From: Octopus bimaculoides
Taxonomy: Eukaryota
Direction of reading: 5' to 3'
DNA length: 64,000 nt
NCBI RefSeq assembly: GCF_001194135.2
Contig: NC_068997.1
Span: 5,843,086 to 5,907,085 of the forward strand
The notes under the pieces were generated by a model that was not told the DNA's origin, ran no database searches, and saw nothing but the letters and a program-made list of their open reading frames with translations. Position 1 is the stretch's first letter. Each line of letters opens with the position of its first letter. The translations under genes and the position numbers were made by a program. Shown here in pieces: positions 12,300 to 24,329 of the stretch.

Positions 12300-12850
12300 T
12301 TTAAGCACTTACTTTCTGCTATCTCACCTTTCTCTCTGTTGCCTCCACCACCTCTCTCTCTCCCCCCTTGGAGCTCTCTCCTTCCCTGTCTCCCCCAGGA
12401 GCTCTCCCCTTCTTGCTCTCCCCTTTCCCTCCCTCTTCCCCTTTTCTGTTTCTTTCTTACCCTTCTCCCTTCCCTTTCCCTCCCACCAACTATCCTCTCT
12501 CCCTCCCTCTCCCTCTCTCATACCAGCCCTCCCCCTCTCTCATACCAGCTCTCCCCTCTCCTTCTTTTTTCCTTTCTTTCTATCCTAGTATCTCAAATTG
12601 TTTTTCACCCCCCCCCCCCATTCTGTTTCCCAACTCCTCTCACACTACTACATGCTGTACCTCAAAACCAGTTATTCTTTCTTTCTTTCGTCCTGTTTTA
12701 CTTTCTCTATTTTGTCCTCTCTTTTTTTCTTTTCACTTGTCTGTCTGTCTGTCTCTTTTTTCTCTTCCTACTATTACTCTCATACATTTTCCCTCTATAT
12801 CATCATTCTCTGCTCTCATCCACTCTCATCCTACCATTCCATAACTTAGT
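12300..12850. repeat. Pyrimidine-rich low-complexity tract
   Basis: CT-rich, with an internal duplication of ccctctctcataccagc. It explains ORFs 12289-13064. Confidence 0.85.
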
Positions 12851-13564
12851 TTTAAACCACTATTACGCTCCCCCCACATCCCTGCCACACATCTGTACTG
12901 TCATCTTCTTGACACCAGCTTCTTGCCATGTCTCCTTTCAAGTAAACCAAAGAGGTGAGGGAAGAAGGGAAGTTCTACTAAATTCGCTCTCTTTCTCTTT
13001 CCCTCCCCACCTCCTCTGTATTGGAATCGGAAACCGAAATGATGATCGTTTTACAATCAATTAGTTTAGAAATAGAATGAATCAACGAAATATGAGAGCT
13101 GATGTGCATACATGTACACAGACGTATACATGTCCATGTGGATACACATGCATACATGCATGTATATATAGACAGAGAGAGAGAGAGAGAGAGAGACATA
13201 GGTATAAGAAACACTTCTAGATATTATTATTCACAGCAAACATGTATACATGTCTGTTTGTGTGTGTATGCATATGTGTATGAAGGTTCTTGGATCAAAG
13301 ATCAAGGAGACCAGAATTCCAAAGAGGATTCGATATGAGTTAGAGGTAACTGTAAAGTGAATTAAGCTATATTTTATAGATTTAATGTTTTCGCAAAGAA
13401 ACTCTGTTTCTGCTAATTCAGTAGCTTTTCTGAAACAGTGCATCTGTGTGTGTATGTGTGTATATGTGCACACTCATGCACAGTACATCCAAGAATGGAA
13501 GTTTATTATATTTGTTCCTTCACTACAGTTGTTTCAACAAACATGGTTCAGATACATCATGACT

Positions 13565-13767
13565 ACAAATCATCATCATCGACATTTAACATCTGTTTTC
13601 AATGCTAGTATGTGTTGGATGGTTTGACAGGTGCTGGTCAGCTGGAGAACTGCCAAGGTTCCAATTTTCTGTTTTGGCATGGTTTTTACAGCTGCATGCC
13701 CTTCCTAATGCCAACCACTTCACAGAGTGCACTGGGTGCTTAAAAGCACCCACTCTGTGAAGTGGTT
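13565..13767 (-). mobile_element. Family-C (RTE tail) copy with a 5' fold-back
   Basis: catcatcatcgacatttaacatctgttttcaatgctag... is the reversed tail. The inverted duplication lies at 13713-13767. Confidence 0.75.
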
Positions 13768-14251
13768 AGTGTTTGTCCATGTTCATCTCATCAAAGGTCA
13801 GAAAAGCAATACAATTTACACTTGGAAAATTATGATGTGTGTGTGTGTGTGTGTGTCTAGTTATTTGTTAAGACCTTAGAATGAGGAGCATTGTATGTAA
13901 AGAGAGGAGATGAATGTTCTAACATGCAGCAAGCAATAGGGTAGGCCAATATTGAAAATGGAGATTAGTTTATTTGTATTAAATGAGGTTGTTATTGTAT
14001 TATGAACTGAGAATAAAGCTTGCCTGTATAAACCCCCTACAGTGTCAGACCAATTATCTGGCCAACTTGGGACTACAAGTGTCCCAGATTTTTGAATTTT
14101 TTGCTTCCTGGAGAAATATAAAATAAACTATAAAATAAACTATGAAAGGAAATAGCTAAATTATATTTAAATTAATAGACTTCTAAAGCAGGGTCTGTTT
14201 GATGTTTTTTAATCCACTTAAAATTCTTAAAATGTATCGTACTGTACAATA

Positions 14252-14509
14252 CAGAGTGGGCCAAACATCACTCACCAAAACACTTGACATTTTATTTATA
14301 TTACATTATTTTTATTCATTTTGTTCATGTACAAGTATTTGTGTATTCAGCATTACTTTATTTATTTTATTCAATTTTTGAAAGATTGAAGTATGTCTTT
14401 AACAATTCACGATCATGTTGAACTTATTTTCATTTATCATCATCATCATCGTTTAATGCCTGCCTTCCATGTTGGCATGATTTTGTGCATGACGTTTTGG
14501 CCCACCCTG
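14252..14509. mobile_element. Tc1/mariner-type MITE (258 bp) with TA target-site duplication
   Basis: Left end TA-cagagtgggccaaacatcactcaccaaaa. The right end reverse-complemented is TA-cagggtgggccaaaacgtcatgcacaaaa. Confidence 0.7.
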
Positions 14510-14786
14510 TATAATGTTTGTGGGATGAAAATTATATGAAGCAAAGTAAAGAATATGGTTTTGTTTAACAAATACATGTACAAATTAATACAATTCTAAA
14601 GCATAGTATGTTTAATCCCTATTAATTCACTTAAAAGAGTAAAGAACAAAGCTAATTTTTAACATACTGTATGCAAGTTAGCCAACTTCAAAAACAAGGT
14701 CTTTTTACTCAATACTAGACATAGTATATTGCGCAGTACTGCACAGTATTCTTGGTTGTCTGGAAGTCAGATAAGAGGTCTTGGTA

Positions 14787-14829
<43 letters not shown>

Positions 14830-14834
<5 letters not shown>

Positions 14835-15200
14835 CTAATATAGGATAAATTCTTTATAAGAATTTATCAAGTAGTCAGCGTGAAAAAACCTCATAATGAC
14901 TTATTTAGTCCCTCGATAGCGTGAGGCATTAATACACAGTTAATGCCCTTTATATATAATTAAATATATATATATAATCAATAGACATTAAAAAGAGCAA
15001 CACAGATATGGTATTAGTTTAAAGGTTGAGACATTGAAATGAGAGTGGAGTATCTTAATATTTCAGATGTTAGTCCATCATCAGAAAAGAAAATGTTAGG
15101 GACAGAGAGAGTGAGAAAGAAATAATAAATATATATAAAATGAAAAATTACTAGAAAATTATAAAATTCAGATCAAAATTACAAAATCGCTAAGCTATAC
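14830..15200 (-). mobile_element. Probable Penelope-like element terminal remnant
   Basis: Contains a degenerate hammerhead-like motif (15053-15090) and lies next to a long (TA)n. No coding evidence. Confidence 0.4.
15053..15090 (-). ncRNA. Degenerate minimal type-I hammerhead ribozyme motif
   Basis: Minus strand: tctttt-CTGATGA-t-gga-ctaaca-tct-GAAA-ta-T-T-aaga. Both core blocks are intact; the stems are weak. Confidence 0.4.
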
Positions 15201-15354
15201 ACATACATTGATGCCTATTTATGTATGCATAACAAATCCATACATCTATATATATAAATAAATAGTATGGCTAAGTTTTAAGTTCACAAGTATCGGTATG
15301 TATAGTATACTAACTTCTGTTGACCAGCAATTCTAATATACTAATTAGCATTAG

Positions 15355-15505
15355 TTTATGGACTATAATGTACTAATATCATTGGTCCATGGACTATAAT
15401 GTTCCAATTAGTACTGATTATTGTCTATAATGTAATAACTCATGTTTACTAGTGTCTATAATGTTAGTAACTAGTTCTCACTAGTTTGCATATTGTGCTA
15501 TAATA
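15355..15505. repeat. Degenerate ~31-bp minisatellite x4-5
   Basis: The motif (gga/tgt)ctataatgt recurs at ~31-bp spacing. Confidence 0.65.
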
Positions 15506-16300
15506 CTGTAGTGTTGAAAATGGTGTTTGGTACTGCAGATCAGTATGGTGAGAGAGACATAGGAAACAACATGCAAAAAGTCAGATTTAGAAATACACAA
15601 GGGGGAGGGGCAATTGTTTCTCTAATTTCTTTGAATATTGACAAGTTCACATGATACAAGTGTCATCATAGTTTAGTTTCCAGTTATGTTGTTGCACTTT
15701 AAACTTATTGAATCTCCCTGCAGGTGGTGGTATGTTTATGGGGTGTATGGATAGTAAACTTGTGTTTCTTGATTTCTATTTCTCCATTTAAAGTACTCTT
15801 CACACTTCCTTGTTTAATTGCCTCCTCTTTATCTCCTCTCTTCCTCATCATTATCTCTCTTCTCCCTTATCCTCCTTTTCTGCTTTCCTCTTCTGCCTCC
15901 TCCTGTGTTTCTTTCAACTGGTCTTCTTTCTTCTCTTGTTCTTCTGTTCCTCCTGTTCCTACTAACCTCCATCCAAAACCCACCACCACCACCACCATCT
16001 GTCCTCCCCTCTGCCTTCCCTCTTCCCCATTCTTTTTCTTTTTGTCTTCTTTTTCTATTTCCTCATGCTTCTCTTCCTCCTCCTCCTTTATTTAACAGCA
16101 ACACTTTTTCTTTATAATATTCCTTGTTTTTCATTGAAACAGACAGGGAGAGAGTTAAGAAACACAGAGGGTGAGTGAAAGAAGGGGAACAGAAAGAGGG
16201 AAAGAATGAATAGATACACGTAGAGAGAAAGACAGTGAGTTATAGTTGAAAGAGAAAGAAAAGATGAGAGAGACAGAAAGCTAGTTATAGTGAGACAGAG

Positions 16301-16337
<37 letters not shown>

Positions 16338-16587
16338 AAGGTTTGGAGGTGATGTACAGAAATTATATAGAAAAAAATTTTAATTAAGGTACTCAGAAAC
16401 CTGGATGTTTGTACATTTACAGATTTTTATTAATGTCACATATTAAATGAAGCGCTTTTCACCTAGTCGTGTTGGTTTTTCAAATTATATATATATATTT
16501 ATAAATATATATATTTATAAATATATATATATATATATATTTATAAGAAAGAAGTTTGAAAACGCCAATATATAAAAAATGAATTTT

Positions 16588-16635
16588 AATTTAACATGTT
16601 TCGGTTCTTGTAAAAACGAACCTTATCAAAACTAC
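16588..16635 (-). ncRNA. Degenerate minimal type-I hammerhead ribozyme motif
   Basis: Minus strand: gtagtt-TTGATAA-GGTTC-gtttttacaa-GAACC-GAAA-CATG-T-T-aaatt. Stem II is a perfect 5 bp and loop III is the palindrome CATG, but the core has two substitutions (C3 and G8). Confidence 0.5.
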
Positions 16636-16889
16636 GTATTTAATAAAATGAAATTAAATGAAGAGTTCATAATTGTTCCTTACTGGTGTCAATAGTCCAT
16701 GTGAGGGCATTTTTTGTTGGTTGTAGTAGTAGTAGTGTCCCTGTTGGCAATGGTATATATATATATAATGAATGAGGAGCTGTGTAAATCCTTTACAGCA
16801 GGAAATCTGATTTGTTCTTGCTCTTTCTCTTACACATTATTGCCTTGTTCCATAGTGTAAATCTACCTCCATCTCTACTGTAGTGTCAC

Positions 16890-17145
16890 TCAGTCAAAAG
16901 GGATCTTAGCTTTGTAGGTTGCATAGTGACCTCACTAATGCTGGTGCCATGAAAAATGTACCTGGTACATGCTGTAAAGTGGTTAGCATTAGGAAGGGCA
17001 GCCAGCCACAGAAATTATGCCAAAGGGGACACTGGAGCTCGATGCAGTCATTGAATCTGTCAGATCCTGCTAAGCTGTCAGCCCCTTGCCTGCAGGAACA
17101 CAAACATGAAAAGATGATGATGATAATAATGATAATGATACATGT
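16890..17145 (+). mobile_element. Family-C (RTE tail) copy
   Basis: gctggtgccatgaaaaatgtacc..gtggttagcattaggaagggcagccagcc..gatgatgat. Confidence 0.65.
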
Positions 17146-17914
17146 ATAGACTCACACGTGTGTGTGTGTGTGTATGTATATCTATCCAATTATCTATCTA
17201 TCTATACATACATTCATATACATATAAAGAGTGATATAAAGCTAAATAGCTAGAAAGATAGTCATTAGTATATTGTATGTGTGTTGTCTTCTTCAATAGC
17301 GTTTGATGGTTTACAGACAACAAACTTGTATGACATCCATTTTAATGAGTTGCAGTGAATTTATTCAAAACTACTGGATTAATGATTCTATTCCTGGAAC
17401 ACACAAACAAAACTTTTAATTAAACCTATTTCATTAACAGGTTTCGCATTTCTCCTCACACCCTACCCCTTCTCCATCTCCATTCTCACTCATTTTCTTT
17501 CATTCTTTCCTCTAATCTATCTAAATATTTCTCATATCTCTCTTTCTCCATCTATCCTTCCATCCATCTGTCTGTTTCTTTCTCCATTTAGCTATATCTG
17601 TCTAGCTCTTTATCCTTCCTCTGTCTCTCTCCATGAAAATTTGTTCGTACTTTGAAGTGTAAAAGCCTCTTCCATTATACCCTACTCAATAACATTCCAC
17701 TCAAGAACAATGGCACTCCACTCAACAGCATCTTCACCAAACTCAACAGCCACCATACCCCACTCAATAACAGCCAATAAAAAATACTGTTTCTAATTTA
17801 TCATGTTAAAACTTCCACTCCCTTCAAAGATGTAGAAAAAAAGAATACAAACTCATTCGAACATAACACAAAACCAAAAATCAGCTATCCCTTTTGTTGT
17901 TGCTGTATTTTTTA

Positions 17915-18650
17915 TGGTGGCTGTTTGGTAAAAAGCTTGCTTCCCAACCATATGGTTCCAGGTTCAGTCCCACTGTGTGGCATCTTGGGCAAGTGTCTTC
18001 TACTATAGCCCTGGGCCCACCAAAACCTTGTGAGTGGATTTGGGAGATGGAAACTGAAAGAAGTTTGTTGTTGTGTGAGCACTGCCTTCTAGCACTTGTG
18101 CTGGTGGCACGTTAGAAAATCATTCGAGCGAGGTCATTGCCAGTACCGCTGGACTGGCTTCCGTGCAAGTAGGACGTAAAAAACACCTTTTTGAGCGTGG
18201 TCGTTGCCAGTACCGTGTGACTGGCCCTTGTGCCGGTGGCACGTAAAAGCATCCACTACACTCTTGGAATGGTTGGCGTTAGGAAGGGCATCCAGCTGTA
18301 GAAGCTCTGCCAGATCAGATTGGAGCCTGGTGCAGCCTTCTGGCTTGCCAGTCCTCAGTCAAATCGTCCAACCCATGCTAGCATGGAAAGCGGATGTTAA
18401 ACAATGATGATGATGATGATGATTGTGTGTGTGTGTTTTTATATCTGTGTTTGTCCCCCCACCCGCATCACCACTTGACAGCTGGTGTTGTGTTTACATC
18501 CATGTAACTTAGCAGTTTGGCAAGAAACAGATAGAATAAGTACTAGGCTTAGAAATGATAAGTCCTCGGGTCAAATTGTTCGACTAAAAGCCTTCAAGGC
18601 AGTGCTCCAGCATGGCTGCAGTCAAATGACTGAAACAAGTAAAAGAATGT
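17915..18650 (+). mobile_element. Family-B SINE interrupted at its (TG)n hinge by a family-C RTE 3' fragment (~18085-18422)
   Basis: B head at 17915-18070, then the C modules with a (GAT)n tail, then the B body resumes at tgtgtttgtcccccc and runs to gaaacaagtaaaaga. Confidence 0.8.
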
Positions 18651-18769
18651 TTTAATTAGTTTTGAAAATAATTAATTTACAATAATTTAGTAACACAACC
18701 AACTTTCTCATCTTTAGCTGATGTTTAGAATGTAGAATTATGTTGAAAGGCTTTAAGGCACATGTGTGA

Positions 18770-19125
18770 CAGTATAGCTGAGAAGTTTGTTTCCTAACCA
18801 CATGGTTTCTGGTTTGGTCCCCGTGGTCTCTTGGGCTGACCAAAACCTTGTTAGTGGATTTGGTAGGCATATGTATATATATATATGTGCATGCATATGT
18901 GTGTCTGTGTGTGTACTACTGTTCCATTGCCTGGGCATCATGTGATAGATAGTTGCGAACAGTTAACACTGTTCATACAACTGTATTTTCAATCTGTGGA
19001 AACATGTCTGACCACAGATGCTTGGCAAAAGGTGAAGGTTAGCAACATGACAGATTACCTATCATAGAAAAAAACTTGCCTCACTGAATTCTGTCCAACC
19101 CATGCAAGGTTGGAAAAGTGGATGT
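18770..19125 (+). mobile_element. Chimeric SINE: B-type head plus family-G body with an RTE-like tail
   Basis: Head atagctgagaagtttgtttcctaaccacatgg. Body gacatcatgtgatagatagttg..aaacatgtctgacc. Tail ccaacccatgcaaggttggaaaagtggatgtta. Confidence 0.6.
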
Positions 19126-19130
19126 TACGT

Positions 19131-19440
19131 GAAGGCACATGGCTCAGTAGTTAGAGCATTGGGCTCACTATCATGAGGTTGTGAGTTTGATTCCAAGACC
19201 TGGCTGTGTGTTGTGTTATTGAGCAAGACACTTTATTTCATGTAACTCCAGTTCACTCAGCTATCGAAATGAGTTGTGACGTCGCTGGCATTGGCCTTTG
19301 CCTTTCTCTTGGATAACATTGGTGGTGTGGAGAGGGAAGGTTGGTTTGTATGGGTGTCTGCTGGCCTTCTATAAACAATGTTGCCTGGACTTGTACCTTG
19401 GAGGGTAACTTTCTAGGTGCAATGCCATGACCATTCATGA
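19131..19440 (+). mobile_element. tRNA-derived CORE-like SINE (family D)
   Basis: A-box gcacatggctcagtagttag, B-box gtgagtttgattcc, then ttgagcaagacactttatttcatgtaactccagttcactcagctatcgaaatg, which resembles the MIR CORE segment. Other copies at 35607-35935, 46110-46370, 48300-48420 (-) and 24650-24885. Confidence 0.7.
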
Positions 19441-20439
19441 ACAAAGCTATGTTGAGGTCAGTCTGTCCAGAATCTCAACTGTCCTGCTTACACAAGCATG
19501 AGCTGCATGTAGTTTAGATATCTTATCCACACAACCACTATATTGCCTCCCCTCAACATACACATTCACTACCTACAGAAGAAAACGGTTTGATTCATTG
19601 AAGAATTAACACTCTTCCTCTATCTCACTCACTCACTCACTCACTCACTCATTCACTCACTCACTCACTCAAATGCATGCATGCATACACAGACAGACAG
19701 ACAGACAGTAGTTATTTCCATAGAAAGACCATTCCAAGAACCATGAAAGGAAATACTTTGGTTGCTTTTGCTTCAAAGACTTTTTAGAATCATGCTTTTA
19801 TTTTGTTTCTGATTGACTCCTGATTTTGTATTCATCATGAACCAACAGCTCTGGTGTGATTAGAAATGTAGTAGTAGTAGTAGTAATAATAATAATAATA
19901 ATCTGTGTATAAACAGTGAATACGTGATATGTTTCATGTTACTCTGGAATAAATATTTTAATAAAGAACATTATATAAAAAAAAGTCAGTCATTATTGTT
20001 GTTATTAAAAACACAGTGGAGTAACAAGAACTGGTACTGTTGGACCAAATACTTTATTGGTGGTGATATTGTTATTTAGTCTTGGTCAAATCAGGTATGA
20101 TACATTTTGGCATAGTTGTTTTGGCATTACCTATTTGGTTTTGCTGGCTGACTCGACATTAGATATTTTCTTTTCTTTTGTTCTCTCTCACTTTCTCTCC
20201 CCATTTCTGTGTGTGTGAGTATATAGTATATATATATATGTATGTGTGTGTGTGCGTGTGTGTTTGTGTGTATATATACACATACATGTTTCATGTATAA
20301 GAAAGAGGAGGAGTGTTTATGTCCATTGTATTTAATTCAATTAATAAATCACGTCTCACTTTCTTCCTCTCTCTCACTCTATCTGTATGTGTATATTTTT
20401 GTGTGCCAGCATGTGTGTATGTTTGTCTCCAAGGCCAAA

Positions 20440-21090
20440 ATGTACTGTTGCTAAAACAGGCTGAATGTCCAGTCAGCCATGATTGACATCCAAACAGCTG
20501 CACTCAATTATCTCCTTCCAGATTGTGCAGACATGTGACCAAAAGTCTTTCAGCTCTGACCATCCTGCCCTTTTCTTATATGCAGAAAATCTAGGCCAAA
20601 AATCTACATCCACTAGCAATACAAACAAGAGTGCATTTTCACCTAGAGCCAATATGAAAGTTTCTCTCATGGCATCTACTACAGTATAGTTTGTTCTAAC
20701 AGAACATCCTTGTTTAAGTGGTGATAAGTATTACCTCTTGGTATTAATACTGCCTCTGTCACTAATATATATGTTTTTAAACAACCCATCTGACTAATCG
20801 CAAAACCAGCGCCTTTTCTCTCACTGTTTTTCCATGTATCACTGACAGAGAAATGAGTCACTTCTATCTCTAGCAGTTGAGTGTCATCACTGACAAAACC
20901 AAAGAAGGTCAAGATCATGTGATCTGGTGGTCTCGCCATTGGAGGTGGTAGGGATTTATCTCCCCACAAGCAATATAGACAAAGTGCATTTTGCACCAAA
21001 AGCCAATATATGAGTTTCTCTCATGATATCTACTTCAGTATAGTTTGTTCTAACAGAACATCAATGTTTAAGTGCAGATAAATATTACAT
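20440..21090 (-). pseudogene. RTE-like apurinic endonuclease domain remnant with an internal ~110-bp duplication
   Basis: Minus-strand peptides SERKGAGFAIS and RFSAYKKRAGWSELKDFWSHV..KEIIECSCLDVNHG resemble the RTE APE motifs (GVGFAI; SAYAPQ..EEKDxFW..GDxNGHVG). Duplicated block at 20623-20733 and 20975-21087. Confidence 0.55.
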
Positions 21091-21234
21091 CCAGTATGTT
21101 CTTCTCTTTATGGTCTTTCAAGTTGACTTGAGTAAGATCAGCTCACTAATTTACTGTGTAAGGGACAGGAAGGTGTGCAGATCCACGATCACTGATGCAT
21201 ATTAGCATAGCATAGGAAGACAGAGATATTCATC

Positions 21235-21730
21235 ATCATTATCATTTAATGTCCACTTTTCCCATACTTGCATGGTTTAGACAGAATTTGTTGAAGCAGA
21301 TTTTCTATGTTAGAATCCTTTCCTGTTGCCAATCTGTACCTGTTTCCAGGTAAGATAATATTTTTCCCATAGCTAGATATTTTTTTCACTGAAAACTGAT
21401 GACCCCAATTGTATGATGCTGATGCTAATTTTTACAGCCATTATATATCTAAAACAAGGATACACACACACACACACACACAAATATACGGTGGTGCACC
21501 AGCATGACCGCAGCCACTTGGCTGAAACACATAAATAAATAAATAAATACATACATACATACATATATGATAGGCTTCTTTCAGTTACCATTTACCAAAT
21601 CCATTTGCGAGACTTTGGCCACCTAGGTCTATAGTGGAAAGCACTTAGTTGCCAAAGGTGTAACTCTGTGAGACTGAACCAGAGACCACATGGTTTGGAA
21701 ACAAGTTTCTTAACTACACAACCATGTCTG
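21235..21730 (-). mobile_element. G body plus B head SINE (minus), with an embedded short tail fragment
   Basis: catcatcattatcatttaatgtccacttttcccatacttgcatgg.. (reversed G tail) and ggcttctttcagttaccatttaccaaatccatttg (reversed B head). Confidence 0.6.
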
Positions 21731-22924
21731 TGCTTTTTTTTTTTTACAAGAGTATGATATAATTTGAGCAAGATTTGGCTACTATTTCTAGCAATTTCAG
21801 TAACCTTGTAGAACTTCCTTCATTAGCTTGTAAATACCTAGCGGTGTTTTGTTGTGTCTCTTTATGTCAAAGCTTATACTGACCATCTTGTCTTTGAACC
21901 TCTAGGATTGTATTATCCTATGTATCTTTCATGGTCTGAGTCTCTTCATATTCAAAGTTACTGCCTTCATAAGTAATTCAGGGACTACATCTTATTTATG
22001 CATTCCATTTTGGGTATAGTTTCTATGGCTGGAACATTTTCCTATTCCCTTTTTGTTTGCCAACTACTGTTACAGAGTGTACTAAGTGCATTTTATTGTA
22101 GCACCAGCACGGAAATGGTTCTCTTGTTCCTAGCAAGACTGAAGAGTCATTTCTACCTTATTATAGTCTTCATTTATTTGCTATACATTTCTATAGGGTG
22201 CTCTGAGTGTATTGCAATAAGGTATCTGCACCAAAGAGATTTTCTTGTATCTAGCTTAGCTGCAAAATCTGCAAAATTCTACCCTGGCTCATCTCTGTTT
22301 GCTAATCACTTTGCTGGGCATACTGGGTGTATAGATAATAATAGCACTAAGTACATTGATGGTGATGGTGATGATTATTATTAATTTATAAGTGCAGCAG
22401 GAAAGTCATAGTGGTAAATATTGTTGATTATGTTGACTGACCACTGCCTTACTCAACTGGTTTTTATTTTAGCAGAGACTGCCCGGAAGTATGACATTAG
22501 AACAACACAAGTAGTGGTAGTGCTACTACTAATAATAATAATAGCAATTAATAATAATTTCTTTATTTATCACAAGGGGAATGGATGGGTTTGGAGGATT
22601 ACAAGAATAAATTATGTTAACTTCTTCATTCCACCCAGGAGGGTTTCCATTGAAGGATTGCATAAAGGGGACAGACCATGGAAAAACCCATATAACAAGA
22701 GAGGATTCCTGACAGAGAGAGAGAAAAGTTTGTGTGTTAGTATCTGTGAAACTGCTTAATTAATAAATTATAATTGGACAAAGTTGGGAGGGAGAGCAGA
22801 GCAATGTTAGAGAGGGGGGAGTAAACAGGAAATTCAATGTAATTTACCTAACATAGAAAATCTCGACATTATTAGAAATTAATAATAAAAATAAACTTCA
22901 AAAAAATGTGTGTATTGTTTTTGT

Positions 22925-22967
<43 letters not shown>

Positions 22968-24329
22968 GGATACACATTTACACGCACATCTACATTATAC
23001 ACATACACACTCACAATGTATTTCATTAAGTGACTTTCTTTGTGATTAAATCTCTGTCTGTCTGTCTTTCTCAAAGGAAAATATGTTTGCATGTAGTTTC
23101 TGTCTGCCTATCTATCTCTATATCTAGCCAGCTAGTGATCTATCAAACTATCTTTTAGTCACTGAATACATACATTATGTGCACTCATATATACATAAAC
23201 ATACATAGACATGTCCATCTCTTGCCAGAAAAAAATCAGCCCTCCTCAAGATTATAGAATTTGTGGGAAAAAAAAAAAATATCATATCGAAAACTAGAGA
23301 TTACGAAAACAAGTTAAAGCCATTGACAAATGCCCAGTGGATATTTTACTGAATGAACTGTGATGATATAGTTAAAAACTGAAAAGCTGAAGCCATTTTT
23401 GGTGTCTGTGTAATTGGAATTGAATGTTTAGTCTTCATACAAGAGTGTGGTAATGTGGTGGAGAGAAAAAGAGACATAGAATAAAGGAGGGATTAGGAAT
23501 AAAGAATATAAGAGAGGAGGAGTAGAGAATGCATTGGAGACAAAGAATAATTGAGGGGTGGAGAAGAGAATGTATAAGGAAGAGAAAGAGACAATAAGAG
23601 AGGGAAGGAGGAATAGAAAATTTATAAGAGAGGTGTAGAAGTAGACAGTATACCAGAAAGAGAATAAGAGGTTGAAAGAGAGAAGAAAGGGAAGGATAGA
23701 GAGACAGAGATAGTGTTAGAAGTTCTGTGTTCTCTCTTTTGTTCTTGTCTCTCTAACTGAAAAAATGTTTAAAAAGTGTAAGAACAAGAGAAAAGGACAG
23801 ATAGAAGATTCCTATAGCTGTGGGGTCATCAGTGGGGAGAGTCCTCTCTTGGAAAGGTTTGTGTAAGATTAAAACATTCACATGTTTATATAAACTCATG
23901 CATATACATCTGTATGTCTGTTCATGTGTATAGAAAAGTATTTGTGTCTGTGTGTGTGTTATTTTACTAGTTTCAGTCACTGGATTGCAGCCATGTTGAT
24001 GGAATGTCTTCATGGTTTTTAGCCAGTCATAATGTATTATTTCAGCATGGTATTTATTTCATTGAGTTGAGTGTGAGAGAAATGTGGAGTCTGATCTATT
24101 GGAATGTAAGAGGACAAAGCTGAGTATAATCTGTTGGCATGTAAGACGGAAGAGTTGAGTGTGAGCTGTTAGCATGTGAAAAGGAAGAGTTGGGTGTGAT
24201 CTGTTGTATTTGCAATGCAATTTTCCTTTTTTTTTTTTTCTTCTAAGTTGTTAAGAAAAGAAGGGACTCTTGCAGATATTCCACTGGGGCTGGATAATGT
24301 TGATGTGGCCCATATGTGTAGGTTCTTCC

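Noticed and set aside
14039-14080. tacagtgtcagaccaattatctggcc, resembling a pogo/Tigger terminus
   Set aside because: No inverted partner found in the window.
15724-15729. Possible 6-nt microexon (ccctgcAG GTGGTG gtatgt)
   Set aside because: The signals alone are insufficient and the polypyrimidine tract is short. It would need junction reads.
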